A stretch of DNA of 61,583 nucleotides, counting the filler, from Sluysia triapertura (Eukaryota): NCBI GenBank assembly GCA_046118255.1. It is 5 parts of 5 records of this genome, joined end to end, with 100 filler letters (N's around TTAATTAATTAA, not from the genome) between each part and the next. Parts side by side here need not be neighbours in the genome. Positions count along the whole stretch, not along the records: positions 47,743 to 61,583 come from JBJNIA010017303.1; 4 more parts are not named here. One strand, written 5' to 3'. The position numbers were made by a program, and so were the translations under genes. The notes beneath the pieces are model-generated. The model did no database searches, was not told the DNA's origin, and was given only the letters and a program-made list of their open reading frames with translations. Of this stretch, positions 54,751-61,583 are shown piece after piece. How positions within the stretch are numbered: position 1 is the stretch's first letter; every line of letters starts with the position of its first letter.

Positions 54751-54909
54751 TTGGACTCAAATGACTGGAATAATTCGCAAAGGTTTCTCAGAAACAATAT
54801 TTATGTTTTGTTGGATGTGATTGGTTTGATAATTTTTCATAAGTACTACTTTTAAAAGAGATGAAACTGAAAATAGAAATTAATTGAAATTTGTAAAACT
54901 TTATCACAG

Positions 54910-56268
54910 AACCATTTCCGTTCGACAAGTCAGCCAGTGTGTTCTTCTGGATCTAATTTGGACGGTCCGTTGCTCGATCCAGTCACTATTCAAGCAGTAG
55001 GATCTGGCAGACAAGTTTACATTCTGCAACAACAGGCATCGAACAGCAACAATCACTACCACTTACATCCTACACCGCCCATTCATCATCAGAATTGTGG
55101 CGGCGGCGGTGGTGGTGGTGGTGGTGGAAGCCCTAGTAATCACAGTAGCTGTAGCAATCTTTCATCGTGTTTCAATGGTCTCAATTTGTCGTCACCAGTG
55201 GCAACTAGCGCATCACCCAACTCACATCATCCGGTGTCACCACAGCAGCTGTTAATATGTGACCAAACAAATGCTTCCGCGATGACTAATTCTTCAGGTT
55301 ATTTGAAATTCTGATACAATAATAAAAAATTAACCAATCAAAATTATCTATTCATTTTTGAACAAAATCCAAATCAAATTGAATATTTCTAAAAAAAAGC
55401 ATCTTCAAAATAGCGACACAATCACAAAGTTCTACTTTAGGAAATAACTGGTAGTTGGCAGCGAATCAGAATTGCGACTGTAAATAAAATACGACACCAA
55501 AAAATAATTGCGTAGTAACAAGAATATATAACATGCTCACATGCATTTATTTAGTTATTTTAATTGTTTAATTTCTATTTTAATTCGTAGCTAATTCAGT
55601 GTGAGTTCTACATTCTTTTCGATATATAAAATTCATTTCAAACCTCTTTAACCAATCAGAATCATTCTACATTCTATTTTTATTTTCTTTTATTTTTCGA
55701 TATTTAAAACCCATTTCAGACCTTTTTAACTAATCAGAATCATTTATCTATGACACATTTTTATGTGATTAGGTATTTATCAACATCATCATCATCATCA
55801 TCAAACATTGATTGGTTCTTTACCTCCCGAGGTAGCCAATCATCAACATCAAGATTCCATAGACAGCGGTGTCGGTCAATCTGTAATTAGTCAGTTAGGA
55901 AGTGGTGGTGGAAATGGACCATCCAATCAGAATTGTCATCCAATAGGAACTTGTGTGGGTGTCTGTGGTAAGATAGATTTTTTACAATTATAATACTTTT
56001 ATATGAAAAAGGTGGGAATTTATAAATAAAAAAGTTTATCTACTCAAAATTGATAATAACTAAACTTATTAAATATTACTAATAATAATAATTAAATATC
56101 TCAAAATATCTCAATAATAATAATAATAATAATCATTTTTATTTCAGATTTCAATATGGAACATTGTCATGAAGTAAAATTTTCATTTTAATATTTATTA
56201 CTTATTAATTGTTGATTCAGTCGAATGAAGAATTCATGGATTATGACATCCGTACGCTCAATCAGTAA
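54910..56268 (+). CDS. 3' exons (54910-55297, 55773-55967, 56148-56173, 56221-56268) of a low-complexity regulatory protein, possibly YAP/Yorkie-like
   Basis: AG/GT boundaries with compatible phases (1,1,0), ending SNEEFMDYDIRTLNQ*. Motifs HFRSTSQP and HQHQDSIDSGVGQS, plus poly-G/H/Q tracts. The gene structure is well supported; the identity is tentative. Confidence 0.7.
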
Positions 56269-56448
56269 TAATAATTATTTTGATAATATAATTATTAACA
56301 TTTTTTTTCAATTTCGTGATACTTTATAATACTTTCATACGTCATAATTTCGAATATGAAATATTATTATTATTACTATTATCAATATTATTATTAGATA
56401 TTTATTTATTTTTTGGTGTTTCGAGTATGATTTATTTTGAACAAGTTT

Positions 56449-56710
56449 TTTGCAGTTTTTTTGTATAATCAGATTTTCAAATAGTAATTTTTCAATCTAC
56501 TATCAATTGTAAATAGTTTAAAATGTGAATAAAATATTTTTTATGTTTCATTTATGAATTAACTAACATTTGCTGTTTTTTATAATCACATTTTCGAATA
56601 ATAAAATCGTTTATTTTAATCTACTATCAATTGTAAATAGTTTAAAATGTGAATAATATTTGATAGTTGTTTAATGTTTCATTTTTCATTTATGAATTAA
56701 CATTTGCTTT
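56449..56710. repeat. Imperfect tandem duplication (~120-130 bp)
   Basis: aatctactatcaattgtaaatagtttaaaatgtgaataa and tttcatttatgaattaac each occur twice. Confidence 0.85.
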
Positions 56711-57325
56711 TTTATATATTTATTTATCGTCATTATTTTTCCTAAATCATGCGCTAAATGAAATTTGATTTTACTCATCGATTAATGAAAATTTTAATCT
56801 TCATCAAATCGGTCGATTATTTTTGAGACCAAAAGTAACATCAAATTGTTTTATTTTCGGTATTATTTGTGTGATTGTTTTTTCTTACTAGTTTTGTTTA
56901 GTTTTTTTGAAGAAAATATATTCTGTTTAATCAACATTATTTATTTTTTGAATTTAACTTTTCTGCACAAAACAACAGAAAATGAAGAATTAATAAATTT
57001 AATTTTGCTTTTCATTTTTTAATATGTTCTTCATCTTTTGAAAAAGAAAAAATTAAAAAAGAACATTATTTTATTATTATTATTAATTTTATTTATTATG
57101 ATTATTATTGTCATCATTATTATTTTTATATTTTATTTTAATTTTGTGCATTTCTTATTAACTATATAGTTTAAAAAGATCAGACTATATAGTAATATAT
57201 TATTAGGTGAAGGTCACCTATTTATATTATCAACACTCAAATAAAGATACACAATTCAAAATTTTTTAAATCTTAGTACAAAGAATTTTTAAATCACTTT
57301 TCACAAAATAGAATCGAGAAACATA

Positions 57326-58735
57326 ATGGAGATGAACTATGAAGAAGATGTTGGTTCCTTTATGCTAGCTACTGGTGAGAGACGTCTGCAGGTTGATGCA
57401 TTGCGGTGTCATGCGTATGCGGTTGGTGCTGAACTTTATGTGTCATTGTATTATAACAATCATTCCACGGTGTACATTATGTTATTAAGCTGTGGATATG
57501 TGATTAACGATGCGAAGAAAGGCGTTGAATTAGAACCAGAAAATGTAAAATATATGAATAGATTAGTAAAGCGTGAATTACTGCATGTTATATTATTTTA
57601 TGTCAAAAGGATTGAAACTACTTGTGTCATTTCAATCACTAGAGCTTTCAAAGAATACATTTTAAATTTAGATACTGCCGTTCCTTACGAGAATAGAAGC
57701 CCAGTTGACTTAATTTATGAAATTTTTATTAGTACTGATCAGCCAGTGTTTTGTATCACCTGTAAAGATAAAGATTCAAACAAAGTACACTTTAACTCAT
57801 ATATGTTGAATTATGTATTTGATAAACATAGCGACGTGAATGTTCTGACTTTCAAATTAATTTACTTAGGGCTATGTTTTTCTAAAGATGGGACACAAAC
57901 GGCTAGGTGTTCATTAGAATTGTCTTTTTTTAATAATGTTGTAGAAGATACAACTTATAGTAACATTTTTTTATTAAGAGTATTTTTAGTTGAAGAAGTT
58001 TTAAGCAATGATGAGTCTTATAGTTTTGATTTTTATAAAGAATTGATCAATTTTGATTTTCGTAATTTTAATTTTGATTTTAGTAATTTTAATTTTCATT
58101 CTTGTAATTTTAATTTTGACTTTTGTAAGTTTAATTTTGAATTCGTAAATGATTTTAATGATAAGAATGTTTTGAAAGTTAAAGTGATTGTAGTTGGAAT
58201 GAACAATACCTTAAGTGGTTTAAACAATCTGTGGCATGATATAAATTATTTGCCTGGTGGGGTTGTTTTTCGAGATTCATTTGGGGATGTCGTTTATTGT
58301 AAGATCGTTTGCCAGTTGGAGTTTTCTCGAGATGTCGTGATGCACAATACAGATCTTTGTACAGTTGATCATGTGGCTATTTTCAATTCGAATTATCGAC
58401 TCCTCAACATTCTTAGTGATTCTAATAGAACGTATGGACCTTTTAGAACTAAAATTTTACAATTTTTTAGACTCTCGTATAATTATATCTTGGATATTAA
58501 TTGTTCATATAAATATAGTAACATTGCCTTTTATTTTTATTTGATAACTTTTAATAACCAAAGATTATTAAATTTTAATTATTTGAAAACAACAAACATT
58601 TATCATAAGTTAAATTTCAATTTTTACATTAAACCCCGGCCATACTTACACGCAACACATGTCAATTATGTTTCACGCAATGCATACAATACTAACATAA
58701 TGAATATTATCACGTGTTTTCGAAATTCTCGATAA
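57326..58735 (+). CDS. Intronless 469-aa ORF, unknown function
   Basis: ATG-initiated 1410-bp open frame in very AT-rich DNA with mostly non-repetitive sequence. Contains a frame-preserving 21-bp repeat at 58049-58153. Confidence 0.7.
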   Translation: MEMNYEEDVGSFMLATGERRLQVDALRCHAYAVGAELYVSLYYNNHSTVYIMLLSCGYVINDAKKGVELEPENVKYMNRLVKRELLHVILFYVKRIETTCVISITRAFKEYILNLDTAVPYENRSPVDLIYEIFISTDQPVFCITCKDKDSNKVHFNSYMLNYVFDKHSDVNVLTFKLIYLGLCFSKDGTQTARCSLELSFFNNVVEDTTYSNIFLLRVFLVEEVLSNDESYSFDFYKELINFDFRNFNFDFSNFNFHSCNFNFDFCKFNFEFVNDFNDKNVLKVKVIVVGMNNTLSGLNNLWHDINYLPGGVVFRDSFGDVVYCKIVCQLEFSRDVVMHNTDLCTVDHVAIFNSNYRLLNILSDSNRTYGPFRTKILQFFRLSYNYILDINCSYKYSNIAFYFYLITFNNQRLLNFNYLKTTNIYHKLNFNFYIKPRPYLHATHVNYVSRNAYNTNIMNIITCFRNSR

Positions 58736-59045
58736 TCTACGGGTTTTTTTTGAAATGTATACCATATTTCTGGACAGATGGAGTAACTTTTACTGCATAT
58801 TTGTTTGATCTTATTTTTATTTCTCATTATTATAATTTATTGATAAATAAATTAATTAATCTTTTCATATATTGGATAAATTACCCTCCATCGTTGTGTT
58901 AAAATCCTAGAACGATTCCCACCACTTAGGTCGTAAGGCACTTATAGGACATATCTTTGTATAGCGGGCGATACTTGGAAGATATGCGAAAATATTTAGA
59001 ATAAAGTTCCATAAATAATAATATATGCTATTATTATTTGTTCAG

Positions 59046-60863
59046 AACATTCTACGATTATTGGACCAACGTCACAATTTGATAACCAATCAATTACCGT
59101 GTTCGGAGATGGTCTTCATAATACTTTTGCTGGGGAATATAATGAATTTTTCATTAGAACACATTCAGAATATGCTGGTTAATTATTGAATCTATATTTA
59201 TTTTTGTAAATAAATTTACCTTTTTCAACTGTTCACAGATATTTTTTCAAATAAATGTCCAAACCCTTTCATTTTTCCTTCATTTTTATTGACTTGGAAG
59301 ATAAAAGCAAAATAATTAAAAGAAATAATAATAATATGGCCCGAGAACATACAAAGTTGTCCAGTCCTGATCTATTTGAAGACTTTGGTGTGGATACTTC
59401 TTTGATTTTCCAATATTTCAATATAATATTTGTACAAATGACCGAGGTCTTCTAACACTTAGTCTCGATCAAAGATGCGCAAACTATGGGGTCAGCCCCG
59501 GATGGGGGCGCGTGATAATAATTTAGGAGCGCTAAAAATTATAAAACTGTTAGATTTTACAAACAAATTTTTTTGAATATTTTTTTTGTTTTTTTTACCA
59601 ATTCAAGTAATTCCATTATTTACGTTCTTGATGTAGAACAATCATAAAGCTATTATACATGTGCACTAGAAATGTTATGCTATTTGGCATTCTGCTATTT
59701 TTTAGCTGTTAATTAAAAAATCACAGACTGTTACAGCAGACTGCTATCACAATTGCGAAATAGCAGCTATTAAATAACAGCGACGTGTTGAAAATATATT
59801 AATATTTCGCAGAAGTGAAATATATTAACAGACACAATATTGCATTTTTGATATAAAAAATTAAAATTTAATTTTGTTAATTTATCTTTATTTTTGCTAA
59901 AGAATTAGAACTTTGTTCATAATATTTAATTCATGAGAAATAGAATATAAGAAAATACATTTTGTTATTAAAAAGGTTGTTTATTTTATTTATGAAGTTA
60001 TTTTATAGTGGAGTTAAGATTTTTTTATGTTGGGGCGCCAAAAATAAATATTTTGAAATGGGCGCGCAACTTAAAAAGTTTGCGCAAGCTTGATCTTCAA
60101 GGACCATTCAAATAAGTACTTATCTGGAAAGTTCTAACATCAATACACATAGTCCGTAATCATTGCTGCCTCCAATAATAACTTACTTTTCGAATTATTT
60201 CTTCAATATAACATATGATTTTGTTTAAAAATCAGAAGGAATCAATTTGTCAATCCAAGGACCTTCGAAGGTGGACATTGAAACCAATCACATAAATGAG
60301 ACTGACTGTAAAGTCCGTTTCTTGCCTCAGTTGCCTGGTAACTACACTCTCAGTATATTAATGTTTCAGAAGCACATCTGTGATTCCCCGTATCAGATTA
60401 TTTGTAAAAGTAAGTTTTATTGAATTTTATAAAGGTAAAACAAATCTAAAATGTATAATAGATTTGAACGAGATTTCTTGTGCAGGTACGAGGTATTGTG
60501 CATCTAAGACTTGTGAGGTGATTAAGTAAGATAAAATACTAATGTTTTTTCAGCCGACACGTTTATCATCGTTAAATTTATCACAATTTTTAAATGCAGA
60601 TATAGATTTTGATGAACAATTGTGAACAGATTTGTATTTTGACATTAAAAACTAATGATTTAGCACGTGAATCCAGAACACCAGCTACCATGGTGACGGC
60701 CAGACCCGATGAAACTGTACCACATGTTTATGCTGATGGTCCTGGACTGATAGATGCTTTAGTGAACGTTGCTAATACATTCAATGTTTTCACTAAAGAT
60801 ACAAAACCAGGTGGTTTATCGTTATCTATTGAAGGGCCCAGTAAAGCTATAATTGAATTTAAA
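59046..60863 (+). CDS. Filamin-type Ig-repeat gene exons (59046-59177, 60236-60409, 60664-60863)
   Basis: ITVFGDGLHNTFAGEYNEFFIRT / EGINLSIQGPSKVDI..VRFLPQLPGNYTLSI..HICDSPYQI / VYADGPGL..NTFNVFTKDTKPGGLSLSIEGPSKA, with AG/GT sites in compatible phases. Confidence 0.85.
59470..60092. mobile_element. hAT (Charlie-like) MITE in a filamin intron
   Basis: TIRs CAAAGATGCGCAAACT / AGTTTGCGCAAGCTTG (13/16) and subterminal GGGGCGC motifs at both ends. The TSD is degenerate. Confidence 0.7.
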
Positions 60864-61466
60864 GTAATTTTATTTTTATTATTATTATTATTATTACTAT
60901 TACTATTACTTTTACTATTATAGATTTGCCAGATAAAAATGTTTATTTTGTAAATAAATTACAAAATATTTGTTAAGATGTTTTCTGTTGTGAAATATCT
61001 TAGCCTTGCTGATTTTAGGAAATTTGCATTAGCTAATTTACAAATGCTTATATTACGGAAGTCCTGAATATCTTTTAGAAATAATAAAAAAGTGGAAACC
61101 AAAATGAATATTTCATTGAGACATAATAATAATCTATACAGAATCCACAGTGATAATAAGAGCTAGGTGATAGTGTGTATGCTGTTTATGTTTCAAAAAT
61201 ATACAACCAGTACTACCAGAGAATGTGTAATTAGTGGAAGATTATGAAATATTTAAGAAAAAGACAAAGTTGTTTTTTTATAAATATTATAGTGAATGAT
61301 TTATTTTAAGAGCTTTTGAGTACTTACTTTGAAGTAGATATGAGCGCCATATAAATTAATATATTATTATGATTAACGTTTCTGATGTAATGATTTAATT
61401 TTATGTATGTATTGCTGATGTATAGAATTAGATAGACTACCTTATAATTGCTATTATTTTCTAAAC

Positions 61467-61583
61467 CATGGATTCCCAAAGTGGGCGCTGCAAGGATCCA
61501 GGGTGCGTGGTGAATACAAGTTCATTTAGGGGCGATAACACGATAATACTATATTAAATATTTTGTAATAAAATAAGCCCTTT
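61467..61583 (+). mobile_element. Left end of a hAT (Charlie-like) element running off the window
   Basis: TTCTAAAC|CATGGATTCCCAAAGTGGGCG with GC-rich subterminal motifs. Confidence 0.5.

Overview
AT-rich eukaryotic (probably invertebrate animal) genomic scaffold with spliceosomal introns, many sequence gaps and a dense layer of decayed transposable elements. Four gaps are 100-bp spacers carrying a TTAATTAATTAA linker. Host-gene pieces: a threonine dehydratase-like last exon, four phase-compatible 3' exons of a possible YAP/Yorkie-like protein, and filamin Ig-repeat exons. TE remnants: Ty3/Gypsy pol, Tc1/IS630, mariner, hATm-like, hAT and piggyBac MITEs, and a Maverick/Polinton-type protease. 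There are also two decayed genes sharing an unusual CCCH finger and an orphan intronless 469-aa ORF. The main finding is a two-tier mobile system. A ~155-170 bp dispersed element with TGTT...AACA ends carries a tRNA-like Pol III cassette (5 loci), and two diverged RLE-type (NeSL/Utopia-like) non-LTR retrotransposons have inserted into it at the same nucleotide of the tRNA D-stem. All family assignments come from motif recognition by eye, not from database searches.
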